Shown: positions 1 through 11,589, numbered from the whole stretch's first letter. The stretch: 63,976 bases of DNA, filler included, from Vicugna vicugna (GCA_013265495.1; 80 parts of 75 records of this genome joined end to end with filler, not necessarily neighbours in it); one strand, 5' to 3'. Notes: generated by a model not told the origin, from the letters alone. Made by a program: numbers and translations.

Positions 1-490
1 TGGTGGTGAAACTCTTTCCCCGGGTGAGATGTACCAGTGTAGGAGTGAGAATACAATGTCCTAGGTCGGCCAAAGCATCTTCCTTCATGGTTGACTGGGG
101 TGTTGGGGACTCACTACCACAAACTAACAACAAGGCCGTCAGTGGTGGATATCAGCTGCAACAGGCACGGAGTCAGCTATTTACTGCCACCATGGGTTAA
201 AATTAAAGGCCGGGGCAGGGAGGTCTGCACGGCTGCTGAGGCAAACCACAGACCTGGCTCTGAATGCCCACTGGCTGAAGCAGAGAGGAAGCTACGGTCC
301 CCTTTAGCAGTCCTTGTGTCCACCAGATCCAGGTGAGCCAGCTACTAAGGAGAAGGCTTTGTAGCCCTGATACTCAGAAGAACCAGCCTTGTAAAGGGAA
401 CAAAAGAGTGGCATGGATTTTAGACCCAATTCTGCCCCTTTTTGGAGGCAAAGTAAAATAAATGGCACGGGGAAGTTGAATGCAAAAAAA

Positions 491-590
491 NNNNNNNNNN
501 NNNNNNNNNNNNNNNNNNNNNNNNNNNNNNNNNNTTAATTAATTAANNNNNNNNNNNNNNNNNNNNNNNNNNNNNNNNNNNNNNNNNNNN
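491..590. other. Artificial scaffold linker N44-TTAATTAATTAA-N44 (first of 79 copies)
   Basis: Same 100-nt pattern between every piece (12-mer at 535, 1091, 2500 ... 63445). The palindromic 12-mer gives stops in all six frames, and the flanking sequences are unrelated. Confidence 0.98.
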
Positions 591-1046
591 CAACTCGGTT
601 TTACAGTGAAAACTCCAGGCACTTCAAACCGGCACAAGGAAACACACTGATATACCAGAGTAATTGTTACACCTGCAACCCGTTCCCTTTTTTCTGGATG
701 AACGAACGTCTCTCCACATGCTCAGTTCTGAGAGATAAGTGTGTGTGAAAGCCTTCCTTCACCTAGCNNNNNNNNNNNNNNNNNNNNNNNNNNNNNNNNN
801 NNNNNNNNNNNNNNNNNNNNNNNNNNNNNNNNNNNNNNNNNNNNNNNNNNNNNNNNNNNNNNNNNNNNNNNNNNNNNNNNNNNNNNNNNNNNNNNNNNNN
901 NNNNNNNNNNNNNNNNNNNNNNNNNNNNNNNNNNNNNNNNNNNNNNNNNNNNNNNNNNNNNNNNNNNNNNNNNNNNNNNNNNNNNNNNNNNNNNNCACCT
1001 GGCTTGAAGGGAACACATAGTTTCTGTTCAGTTGCAAACTCCACTC
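591..1046 (+). repeat. Satellite B (249-bp monomer)
   Basis: Matches the monomer at 17821-18223 (TCCACATGCTCAGTTCTGAGAG, GAAGGGAACAC). Confidence 0.93.
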
Positions 1047-1146
1047 NNNNNNNNNNNNNNNNNNNNNNNNNNNNNNNNNNNNNNNNNNNNTTAATTAATT
1101 AANNNNNNNNNNNNNNNNNNNNNNNNNNNNNNNNNNNNNNNNNNNN

Positions 1147-2455
1147 CTAATACTTGGTTTAGAGCCCAACCTCCACTTTCCCCCACTCTCCTGACTAGGC
1201 ATGGCATCAGGGAAGACAAGCTAAGGGATTCTATTAAAACCCAGGCGCTGCTGTCATTTGGAGGAGCCTCCCCACAATCAGGATACCTGAGCACGTCTCC
1301 GTGTGTGTGCTGGAGGTGGGGAAACAGATTCCACGCATCTTTATAGGGGAAACAGATTCCACGCATCTTTATGGGGCACAGGTGATCCAAGGTTGGGGAA
1401 GTACTTTAAAACCCTCCACTGCCCACAGAGATGCACTCGCTAATACTTGGCTTTAGAGCCCATCCCCCACCATCGCTTACTGCTAGCCCTAAGAAAACAC
1501 TTAGGGAAGTCAAACTAAGGGATTGTATTTAAAGCCAGGTGCTGCTGTCTGTTGGAGGAACCTCCCCACACTCAGAACCCCAGAACACTTCTTCCTGTGT
1601 GTGCTGGACGTGGGGAAACATAGCACACGCATATTTCATGGGGCACAGTTATTCCACGGTTGTGGTTTGTAGGTCAAACACCCACATCCCATGGAAAGGC
1701 TCTCGCTAATACTTGGTTTAGAGCCCAATCCCAACTTTCCCCCGCACACCGGCCTTGGCAATCCATCATGGAAGACAAGTTAAGGTATTGTATTAGAACC
1801 CAGNNNNNNNNNNNNNNNNNNNNNNNNNNNNNNNNNNNNNNNNNNNNNNNNNNNNNNNNNNNNNNNNNNNNNNNNNNNNNNNNNNNNNNNNNNNNNNNNN
1901 NNNNNNNNNNNNNNNNNNNNNNNNNNNNNNNNNNNNNNNNNNNNNNNNNNNNNNNNNNNNNNNNNNNNNNNNNNNNNNNNNNNNNNNNNNNNNNNNNNNN
2001 NNNNNNNNNNNNNNNNNNNNNNNNNNNNNNNNNNNNNNNNNNNNNNNNNNNNNNNNNNNNNNNNNNNNNNNNNNNNNNNNNNNNNNNNNNNNNNNNNNNN
2101 NNNNNNNNNNNNNNNNNNNNNNNNNNNNNNNNNNNNNNNNNNNNNNNNNNNNNNNNNNNNNNNNNNNNNNNNNNNNNNNNNNNNNNNNNNNNNNNNNNNN
2201 NNNNNNNNNNNNNNNCTGCTCATAGAGAGGCACTCGCTATTACTTTGGTTTAGTGCCCAACCCCACCTTAACTCACATCGCGGCCAAAGGAAACAATCAG
2301 GGATGTCAATCCAAGAGATTCTATTAGATCCCAGGTGCTGCCGTCAGTTTGAGGAGTCTCCCCACACTTAAGATAGCCGAAGAATTTTTCGTGTGTGTGC
2401 TGGAGTTGGGTAAACAGATCTACACATCTTGCAAGGGGCACAGGTATTCACAGGT
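1147..2455 (+). repeat. Satellite D (~267-bp diverged monomers)
   Basis: Recurrent CTCGCTAATACTTGG(C)TTTAGAGCCC, CCAGGCGCTGCTGTC and CCTCCCCACACTCAG motifs. Confidence 0.92.
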
Positions 2456-2599
2456 NNNNNNNNNNNNNNNNNNNNNNNNNNNNNNNNNNNNNNNNNNNNT
2501 TAATTAATTAANNNNNNNNNNNNNNNNNNNNNNNNNNNNNNNNNNNNNNNNNNNNCCAGCGGGCTGTGCCTGTCTTAGGTCGTCCTCCTCTGAGGATCT

Positions 2600-2760
2600 T
2601 TTGATTTTGGAAAGTTCTTGACATGTTTTAGATTCAGGTCGTTGATAAGATACAAGATTTGCACACAGTTTCTCCCAGTCTCAGACTTGACTGTTCTCTT
2701 AACAGTGCCTTTTGACAACCAGTAGTTTTAATTTTGATCAAGTCTAATATTTCTTTTTTT
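2600..2760 (-). mobile_element. L1 (LINE-1) ORF2 fragment, decayed
   Basis: GATTTGCACACAGTTTCTCCCAGTCT...TTTTAATTTTGATCAAGTC resembles antisense L1 ORF2. Confidence 0.7.
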
Positions 2761-3099
2761 TTTAACTCTGCCCAGCGTCAAGCCACTCAGCCCGGGTGGG
2801 CGGGTGACGGGGCTGGGGCCCATACAAGGAAGTGGCAGAGCTGGGCGGGCAGGAGGCTGTCAAGCTCCCGCCGCGTTACATCAGTCGTTCAAGTCAGAGT
2901 CAGAACCCCACCCGTCATCTCTCCCCCAGCCTCTTGGCATTTCAGACACAAAGCCAAAGACAGAAGAAGAAATGCACCTGCCTCAGGCCCCCTTCCCAGC
3001 ATTCCCAGTAATATCCCCAAACAGAACATCCACCAGGGAGCTCGTGTACCAGACAGTTCACCTCCCACACCCAACTTATCTTTTTATGTATTTTTGGGT

Positions 3100-3370
3100 T
3101 TAATGCACTAAAGTTTTAACAATTTTTACATACGTTTTCATGAGAGATACTGGTCTGCAGATTCCTTGATTTAGTGTCTTTGTTTGACTTGGCAGGAAAA
3201 TAATGGAAGCCTCATCAAGTAACTTGAGACCTGTCCTCTCTCTGTTTTCTCAAAGAACTCAGGCAGGACTGGTAATGTTTCTTCTACAAATGGTTGGTAG
3301 ATTCACCAGTGCAGCCATCATGCCCAGAGTTTTCTTTCTCGAAATATTTTTAATTACGAATTCAATTATA
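3100..3370 (-). mobile_element. L1 ORF2 fragment, decayed
   Basis: TTCATGAGAGATACTGGTCTGCAG...GTTGGTAGATTCACCAGTGCAGCCATC resembles antisense L1 ORF2. Confidence 0.75.
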
Positions 3371-3505
3371 TATATATACCTTTTTTTTACATATATATAT
3401 ATATANNNNNNNNNNNNNNNNNNNNNNNNNNNNNNNNNNNNNNNNNNNNTTAATTAATTAANNNNNNNNNNNNNNNNNNNNNNNNNNNNNNNNNNNNNNN
3501 NNNNN

Positions 3506-4373
3506 GAACCTGGTGATAGGAAAAACCTATGAAGGAACACGGAATATCATTTAGATGGAATGTATTCAAATGAAATATCTCTAGGGTAGAATTCGCTCCA
3601 AGAGGGTTTTTCTGGGATCAAAGTGTGATTCTTGAAACTGGTGATAGGAAGAATCTACGAAGTCAAAGTAAATATTTCAGAGTGCATAGGTAACTTGTTT
3701 GGTGGTTGAAATATCAGTCAGCGCATGTTCACAACTCAGAAGAACATGTTTGAGGAATCCGTGATGCAGGAAACATGTTCGTAGTACGGAATGCCATGGT
3801 TATGTAAACAATGCAAATAACATGTGTATTGGTGAGATTTCGCTCAAAGAGTGTTTTCTGGTGCAAAATGTCCGATTTTAGAACCTGGTGATAGAAAAAA
3901 CTATGAAGTCAGAGTTAGTAATTCTAAGCCTATGTACGCCTTATTTGGTGGATGAAAGGTCAGTAATCCACATGCNNNNNNNNNNNNNNNNNNNNNNNNN
4001 NNNNNNNTCATACATGTAGCATGTACGGAACCCGGAATGCCATGTTGTTGGAATTCATGTAAATTACATATCTGTTAGGTGGAAATCGCTCGAGAACAAT
4101 TTTATTGTGAAACATGCTTGAATTCGAACTTGGTGATAGGGAAAGCTTGTGAAAATGTGTACACGTGTCTAGATGAAAATATTCCTTTTACAGAGATTGA
4201 AAGATTAGTAATCCACATTCTCTCAACTCAAAATGCATGTTTGTCAAATCCGTCATGCATGTAGCATGTAAGGAACACGAAATATCATGTAGATAGAATC
4301 TATTCAAATTACACATCACTAGGTTAGTATTCGCTAAAAGAGGGTTTTTTGAGATCAAGTGTGATTCTTGATA
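3506..4373 (+). repeat. Satellite C (trimeric ~740-bp higher-order repeat)
   Basis: All three subunits present; GAACACG recurs at 3535 and 4273 (738 bp apart, with one small gap between). Confidence 0.93.
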
Positions 4374-5796
4374 NNNNNNNNNNNNNNNNNNNNNNNNNNN
4401 NNNNNNNNNNNNNNNNNTTAATTAATTAANNNNNNNNNNNNNNNNNNNNNNNNNNNNNNNNNNNNNNNNNNNNCCAGCCCCAGCCCCACCCGCCCACCCC
4501 TTCCAGGTCCGCAGACCAGGCCCGCCAGGGACACAGCCCGCCCAGTGGTTGGGACGTGCCGGCGGCCAAGTAGAGAAAGCCCCGGAGGAGAGGACTCGCG
4601 GGTGGGAGAGGAGAAGGGGACACCAGCCGCGGACTGAGGGGAGCCCGGCTGGGTGAGCGGCGGCAGGGGCACACCTGGCCCTGGACAGCTGTGGCTGGGG
4701 CGCCGGGGCAGGTGGCGCAGCAGAGGGGTCTGGCCAGAGCAATTCAGCTGAACACAGGCTGACTGGCTCCCTGGGGGGCTGTGACAGGAGGACCGCCCTC
4801 CTGCAGCCGCCTGACCCCTTTCCCGGGAGCCCCCCACATTGCACTTCACCAGGTAGGTGCCAAAGGCCTACCGGGCAACAGAGCCAAGAAGCCTTTGGGC
4901 CGATTCCCGGCTCGGAGTTGGAGCTTCCAATCAGCGGTCCAGCTGGCACCGACTGCTCATACGCAGGAGGGCCAGCGATCCTCTCTGGGTTCTGTGAGGG
5001 AAGGTGGGGCAGCAAGGGAGGGACAAGATGGGAGCAGGTGGAGAGAAGGGGTAAAGTGGAGGGAGACAGATGGACAGGAGGAGCAGAGAGATGGGAGGGA
5101 TCTGAGGAGTGGAGGGTCGTAGAGGAGATGGAGAGAAAAAGCTTTACCTCTGGGGNNNNNNNNNNNNNNNNNNNNNNNNNNNNNNNNNNNNNNNNNNNNT
5201 TAATTAATTAANNNNNNNNNNNNNNNNNNNNNNNNNNNNNNNNNNNNNNNNNNNNCAAATCATGACAGTTGTCTCCTATGTATTTAAGAATGCACCTTAC
5301 AGTGAAATCAAATAAAAAAAATCAGTATTTTATATTTTTCCTCCCTCATAGCTCTATTGTTGGTATTTATTTAAACTCCAAAATTATTACTCAACATGAA
5401 AAAGAATCTTGTTCTTAGCAATTTTTTTTTTAAAAAATGTGTATTTGTCCATTTAGAGCTCAAATCAATTAAGGGATATAAAGATATAAGCCCCAGGTGC
5501 TTTTTTTGATATTTTGACCAGGGAAAATTTCTGTTTCTGACTTTTCTCTTAAACTGTTACTGAAGCTACATGCTCTGTTTTCCTTGTGTCTGTATGTATC
5601 TGTTTATAAATCACATTTTTCATTGTGTACCTCTAGAGGGTATTAATAGAAGAGATAATAAAGTCTCCTATGTTAAAGGAACTCTGTTCTAATTGANNNN
5701 NNNNNNNNNNNNNNNNNNNNNNNNNNNNNNNNNNNNNNNNTTAATTAATTAANNNNNNNNNNNNNNNNNNNNNNNNNNNNNNNNNNNNNNNNNNNN

Positions 5797-6950
5797 ATAG
5801 AATACAGAATACTGAATATAGAATTAAGAATACACAATGTATAACACAAATATGGAATATAGAATACGGAATGCGGAATATAGAATACAGAATATAGAAT
5901 GTAGAACACAGAATATAGAATATGGAAAACAGAATACAAAACCCAGAATTGAGAACATGGAATGCAGAACACAGAATTTAGAATATAGAAAACATTATAC
6001 TGAATATAAAATTTCGAATATAGAATGTAGAACACAGAATTTAGAATATAAAATAAAGAATACTGAATATAGAATTTAGAATATAGAATGTAGAACACAG
6101 AATAGAGGATATACAATACGGAATGCAGAATATAAATATAGAATACACAGAATGGAGAACATAGAATAGAGTATTTGGAAAACAAAATATAGAACATGGA
6201 ATGCAGAACACAGAATTTAGAATATAGACTACAGAGTACTGAATATAGAATTTAGAATATAGAATGTATAACAGTGAATATAGAATACGGCATGCAGAAT
6301 ATACAATATAGTATATAGAATGCAGAACACAGAATTTAGAATATAGAATGCAGAATAATGTATATAGAATTTAGAATATAGAATGAATAACACAGAATAT
6401 AGAATATAGACAAAGGAATGGAGAATATAGAATATAGAATNNNNNNNNNNNNNNNNNNNNNNNNNNNNNNNNNNNNNNNNNNNNNNNNNNNNNNNNNNNN
6501 NNNNNNNNNNNNNNNNNNNNNNNNNNNNNNNNNNNNNNNNNNNNNNNNNNNNNNNNNNNNNNNNNNNNNNNNNNNNNNNNNNNNNNNNNNNNNNNNNNNN
6601 NNNNNNNNNNNNNNNNNNNNNNNNNNNNNNNNNNNNNNNNNNNNNNNNNNNNNNNNNNNNNNNNNNNNNNNNNNNNNNNNNNNNNNNNNNNNNNNNNNAC
6701 AGAATTTAGAGTATATAATACAGAATACTGAATATAAAATTTAGAATATAGAATGTATAACACAGAATATGGAATGTAGAATACGGAATGCAGAATATTG
6801 AGTACAGAATATACAATGTAGAACACAGAATTTAGAATATGGAAAACAGAATATAGAACCCAGGATTTAGAACATGGATTGCAGAACAGAGAATTTAGAA
6901 TATACAATACAGAATAATGAATATAGAAATTAGAATATAGAATGTAGAAC
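5797..6950 (+). repeat. Satellite E, (AGAATAT)n heptamer-based
   Basis: Continuous 7-bp periodicity with variants AGAACAC, AGAATTT, GGAATGC, AGAATGT. Confidence 0.96.
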
Positions 6951-7050
6951 NNNNNNNNNNNNNNNNNNNNNNNNNNNNNNNNNNNNNNNNNNNNTTAATT
7001 AATTAANNNNNNNNNNNNNNNNNNNNNNNNNNNNNNNNNNNNNNNNNNNN

Positions 7051-7826
7051 GAAACTTTGTGTTCCCTTCAAGTTAGGTGAAGGACAGCTTTAACAGACAC
7101 TTTTCTCTCAGAACTGAGCATATGGAGAGACGTTCGTTCATTCAACACAAAGGGAACGGGTTGTAGGAGAAACACTTACACTGGTTTCTCAAACATTTTC
7201 CTACTGCCGGTTTGAATTTCCTGCGGTTTGCATTGTAAAACCGAGTTGGAGCTTGTACCTCCCCATATATATGTATGGTGTGGAGTTTGANNNNNNNNNN
7301 NNNNNNNNNNNNNNNNNNNNNNNNNNNNNNNNNNNNNNNNNNNNNNNNNNNNNNNNNNNNNNNNNNNNNNNNNNNNNNNNNNNNNNNNNNNNNNNNNNNN
7401 NNNNNNNNNNNNNNNNNNNNNNNNNNNNNNNNNNNNNNNNNNNNNNNNNNNNNNNNNNNNNNNNNNNNNNNNNNNNNNNNNNNNNNNNNNNNNNNNNNNN
7501 NNNNNNNNNNTACCTCCCAATATATATGTATTTTGTGGAGTTTGCAATTGAAAAGGATCTTTGTGTTCCCTTCAAGCTAGGTGAAGGACGGCTTTCACAC
7601 ACTATTATCTCTCAGAACAGAGCATGTGGAGAGACGTTCGTTCATCCAGCACAAGCGGAACTGTTTGCAGGTGAAACACTTACTCTGGTTTCTCAGTCTG
7701 TTTCCTAGTGCCGGTTTGAAGTTCCTGCGGTTTGCACTGTAAGACAGAGTTGAAGTTTGTTCATCCTCTTAAATAAGTAATGACTGGTGTTTGCAACTGA
7801 ATAGAAACTTTGTGTTCCCTTCAAGT
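7051..7826 (-). repeat. Satellite B
   Basis: TTGTGTTCCCTTCAAG at 7561 and 7810 (249-bp period). Confidence 0.95.
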
Positions 7827-8423
7827 NNNNNNNNNNNNNNNNNNNNNNNNNNNNNNNNNNNNNNNNNNNNTTAATTAATTAANNNNNNNNNNNNNNNNNN
7901 NNNNNNNNNNNNNNNNNNNNNNNNNNTGATCCTTCCAAATGGATGCCTGAGTGGAGGGGAGGGAAGAGAAATTGCTTGCTAGCTATTCCCAAACCTGGGA
8001 AAAGGCTTACCTGGGCTTGGTGCACTTTGGTGTGAATGGCTTGGAAATGCCCCTTGGGACGTGTGGATTCTCACGACCTCTTCCAAGGACATGAGCCTTT
8101 TGATCACCTCTGCCATCTCTNNNNNNNNNNNNNNNNNNNNNNNNNNNNNNNNNNNNNNNNNNGAGGAACTTCCTCAAGTCCACGCTGGCAATCCGTATGT
8201 TTCTGCCAGGCCAGGCGAGGTTCAATATGTCTCATGAGTGACTTCGAGCCTGGTATCCTCTACAGCTGTCTCCAAGCCAGTATTCTCAATTGTAGCAGGA
8301 CATCTCTCATCAATGTGTTCGCANNNNNNNNNNNNNNNNNNNNNNNNNNNNNNNNNNNNNNNNNNNNTTAATTAATTAANNNNNNNNNNNNNNNNNNNNN
8401 NNNNNNNNNNNNNNNNNNNNNNN

Positions 8424-9448
8424 GTTTGAGGAATCCGAGATTCATGAAACATGCTCATAATACGGAATTCCATGTTTATGTAAAAATGTAAATAACATGT
8501 GTATTGGTGAGAATTCGCTCAAAGAGGGTTTTCTGGTGCCAAATGTCCGATTTTAGAACCTGGTGGTAGGAAAAACCTATGAAGTCAGATTAAATATTTC
8601 TAAGTTATATACGCCTTGTTCGGAGGGTGAAAGGTCTGTAATCCACATGCTCACAATTCAGAAATGCATGATAGCCAAATCCGTCATATATGCAGCATGT
8701 ACGGAACCCGGAATGCCATGTTGTTGGAATNNNNNNNNNNNNNNNNNNNNNNNNNNNNNNNNNNNNNNNNNNNNNNNNNNNNNNNNNNNNNNNNNNNNNN
8801 NNNNNNNNNNNNNNNNNNNNNNNNNNNNNNNNNNNNNNNNNNNNNNNNNNNNNNNNNNNNNNNNNNNNNNNNNNNNNNNNNNNNNNNNNNNNNNNNNNNN
8901 NNNNNNNNNNNNNNNNNNNNNNNNNNNNNNNNNNNNNNNNNNNNNNNNNNNNNNNNNNNNNNNNNNNNNNNNNNNNNNNNNNNNNNNNNNNNNNNNNNNN
9001 NNNNNNNNNNNNNNNNNNNNNNNNNNNNNNNNNNNNNNNNNNNNNNNNNNNNNNNNNNNNNNNNNNNNNNNNNNNNNNNNNNNNNNNNNNNNNNNNNNNN
9101 NNNNNNNNNNNNNNNNNNNNNNNNNNNNNNNNNNNNNNNNNNNNNNNNNNNNNNNNNNNNNNNNNNNNNNNNNNNNNNNNNNNNNNNNNNNNNNNNNNNN
9201 NNNNNNNNNNNNNNNNNNNNNNNNNNNNNNNNNNNNNNNNNNNNNNNNNNNNNNNNNNNNNNNNNNNNNNNNNNNNNNNNNNNNNNNNNNNNNNNNNNNN
9301 NNNNNNNATTTTAGGACCTGGTGATAGAAAAAAATTATGAAGTCCGAGTAAATATTTCTAAGCCTATATACGCCTTGTTTGGTGGATGAAAGGTCTGTAA
9401 TCCACATGCTCACAAGCTAGAAACGTATGATTACCGATTCCGTCATTC
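8424..9448 (+). repeat. Satellite C
   Basis: TTTTAG(A/G)ACCTGGTG and TAATCCACATGCTCAC on both sides of the gap. Confidence 0.92.
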
Positions 9449-9777
9449 NNNNNNNNNNNNNNNNNNNNNNNNNNNNNNNNNNNNNNNNNNNNTTAATTAA
9501 TTAANNNNNNNNNNNNNNNNNNNNNNNNNNNNNNNNNNNNNNNNNNNNCCAACATTTTCTAACCCATTTCTCTTTTTCAGAGTCCCAGAAAAAGCACTGT
9601 GATTTTATTAACAAAACAAGAACATCTGCACCCTTCTAAAAGCACCCCCACAACTTTACTACTACACACGACACTCTGTCACTGACATAAAGGCTGATTA
9701 CAGCCAAGAAATTTGCAGGGATCTTATTCTGTGCTCATCCCTTTTTGTCTTTGGAACCTTATGAAATTTACCTCCTT

Positions 9778-9825
9778 TCCCTGAGTGTCAGTTTCCTCAT
9801 GCTTCAAAGGGGAGTGTAACAGTCA
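9778..9825 (+). mobile_element. MIR core fragment
   Basis: CTGAGTGTCAGTTTCCTCATGCTTCAAAGGGGAG resembles the MIR core. Confidence 0.5.
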
Positions 9826-10141
9826 TTCATTTGCTCAGTGTCTATTCGACAACAGGAAATGGCTTATGAAAACAACAAAACAAAAGCAAAGCAAAACAGC
9901 TGATCTGTCCTGTCTTCCTCCTCCTCCCTGAACATGAACTTACAGGGTAAAATGGCATCTTTCACTATATCCCGAACTTAAGGAGCAGTTATGATAAGGA
10001 AGTCACAGGACTGCCGTGTAACTGAGAAATGACTTGGTGAANNNNNNNNNNNNNNNNNNNNNNNNNNNNNNNNNNNNNNNNNNNNTTAATTAATTAANNN
10101 NNNNNNNNNNNNNNNNNNNNNNNNNNNNNNNNNNNNNNNNN

Positions 10142-10634
10142 TATCCCAGTGACAGAGGCTGCCTCCCCAAGATCAGGGAAGTCATTCCTCGGACTTACCA
10201 GGGCAGGGAACACCTGTGACTGAAGAGAGCCGCGTGGAGTTGTCTCTCGAGCTCCCCCAGTCAATGGCAATGATTCCGGAATCCTGAGCGTGGTGAGGTT
10301 CCAAGAACGGTCGGCAGCGCGTGTGTACTAAAGGAATGATTGTGCTCGACTCCTCTGAGTGATTTCCTCAATTCTCAGTGCCAGGGAATGCTGGAGGGGG
10401 TTGCAGGAATTCCCAGTGACAGAGGCTGCCTCCCCAAGGTCAGGGAAGTTATTTCTCGGACTTCCCAGGGCAGGGGACACCTGTGACTGAAGAGAGCTGC
10501 GTGGAGTTGTCTCTCGAGCTTCCCCAATCAATGACAATTTTTCCGGAATCCTGAGCGTGGGGAGGTTCCCCCAGTTGTCGGCAGCGCAGGGGTTCTAAGG
10601 GAATACCTGTGCTCGTCTCCCCAGAGGGTTTTCC
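10142..10634 (-). repeat. Satellite A (267-bp monomer)
   Basis: About two tandem units; reverse complement of the 54241-54507 monomer. Confidence 0.95.
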
Positions 10635-10802
10635 NNNNNNNNNNNNNNNNNNNNNNNNNNNNNNNNNNNNNNNNNNNNTTAATTAATTAANNNNNNNNNN
10701 NNNNNNNNNNNNNNNNNNNNNNNNNNNNNNNNNNAATGAAAGCTTTCCTACCCACCCCTGGACAGTATTTTATTAAGCAATCATTAGCATTCATCACTGG
10801 GG

Positions 10803-10804
<2 letters not shown>

Positions 10805-10840
<36 letters not shown>
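10805..10840. repeat. (GT)18 microsatellite
   Basis: Perfect dinucleotide run. Confidence 0.97.
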
Positions 10841-10841
<1 letters not shown>

Positions 10842-11589
10842 GGGAAGGAGGGTAGGGGCTTCTGGCTCACGGTTTGCTCTGCTAACATGTCCCCTTTTCT
10901 CACTCTCTCTCAGACTCTGCCATCAGCAGGTGGTGGAAAGAAGCCGCACCCCCGTTGCTGAACTGTTTGACAACGCCGATCATCAGGAAGGGGATGACAT
11001 CCACCTGCAGAGTGTGGTTCTGTTTAGAAGTGGCTCCTGAGCAGGTCTTGTCATAGGTCATCAGTCAGCGGCCTCATCCGGTTAGTAAGCCCGTGGCTTC
11101 GGCCAGTAACTGGAGAGGTGCTGGAGAGCGGAAATGCGGGGAGGCCCAGGCGGTTCTGCTCCACTGTTCCCAGTTCGTTTGGGGGCCGCGGCTGCAGAGG
11201 GCATCGCTGCCCCGTGTGGCGAGGGCAGAAGAAGGGCTGCTGGGGCCACGCTGAAGATGCGGGCCCAGGGATGGGGCGTCCGTAGTCAGCGCCAGCTTCC
11301 GGGAAAGGAGGGGAAGGGCCAGGCTGCTGAGTCGGGTCGCTGCCCAGTGTTAGCGTGAATGCTGGCTCAGAGTCTCCCGGTGTTCTCTCTGTCACTGTCT
11401 TTGGTGCCGCTCCCCTGCATGGGCTCACAACCCAGGTCCCCCANNNNNNNNNNNNNNNNNNNNNNNNNNNNNNNNNNNNNNNNNNNNTTAATTAATTAAN
11501 NNNNNNNNNNNNNNNNNNNNNNNNNNNNNNNNNNNNNNNNNNNTGAGAAATGATAATACAATGACATTTTATTTTTCTTCTTGTTTTTC

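Noticed and set aside
4..17. TGGTGAAACTCTTT shared with about 23671
   Set aside because: Only 14 bp and the flanks do not align, so likely chance.
535..546. Regularly repeated TTAATTAATTAA as a CRISPR-like repeat or regulatory motif
   Set aside because: It is always centred in exactly 44+44 Ns, so it is a bioinformatic linker. There are no cas genes and the context is mammalian.
5256..5696. Possible ERV1 internal non-coding fragment
   Set aside because: The resemblance is impressionistic, with no diagnostic motif or ORF.
5745..6197. YILYS/NIEYR low-complexity ORFs (also 28479, 30852, 31167, 58891)
   Set aside because: They are translations of the heptamer satellite.
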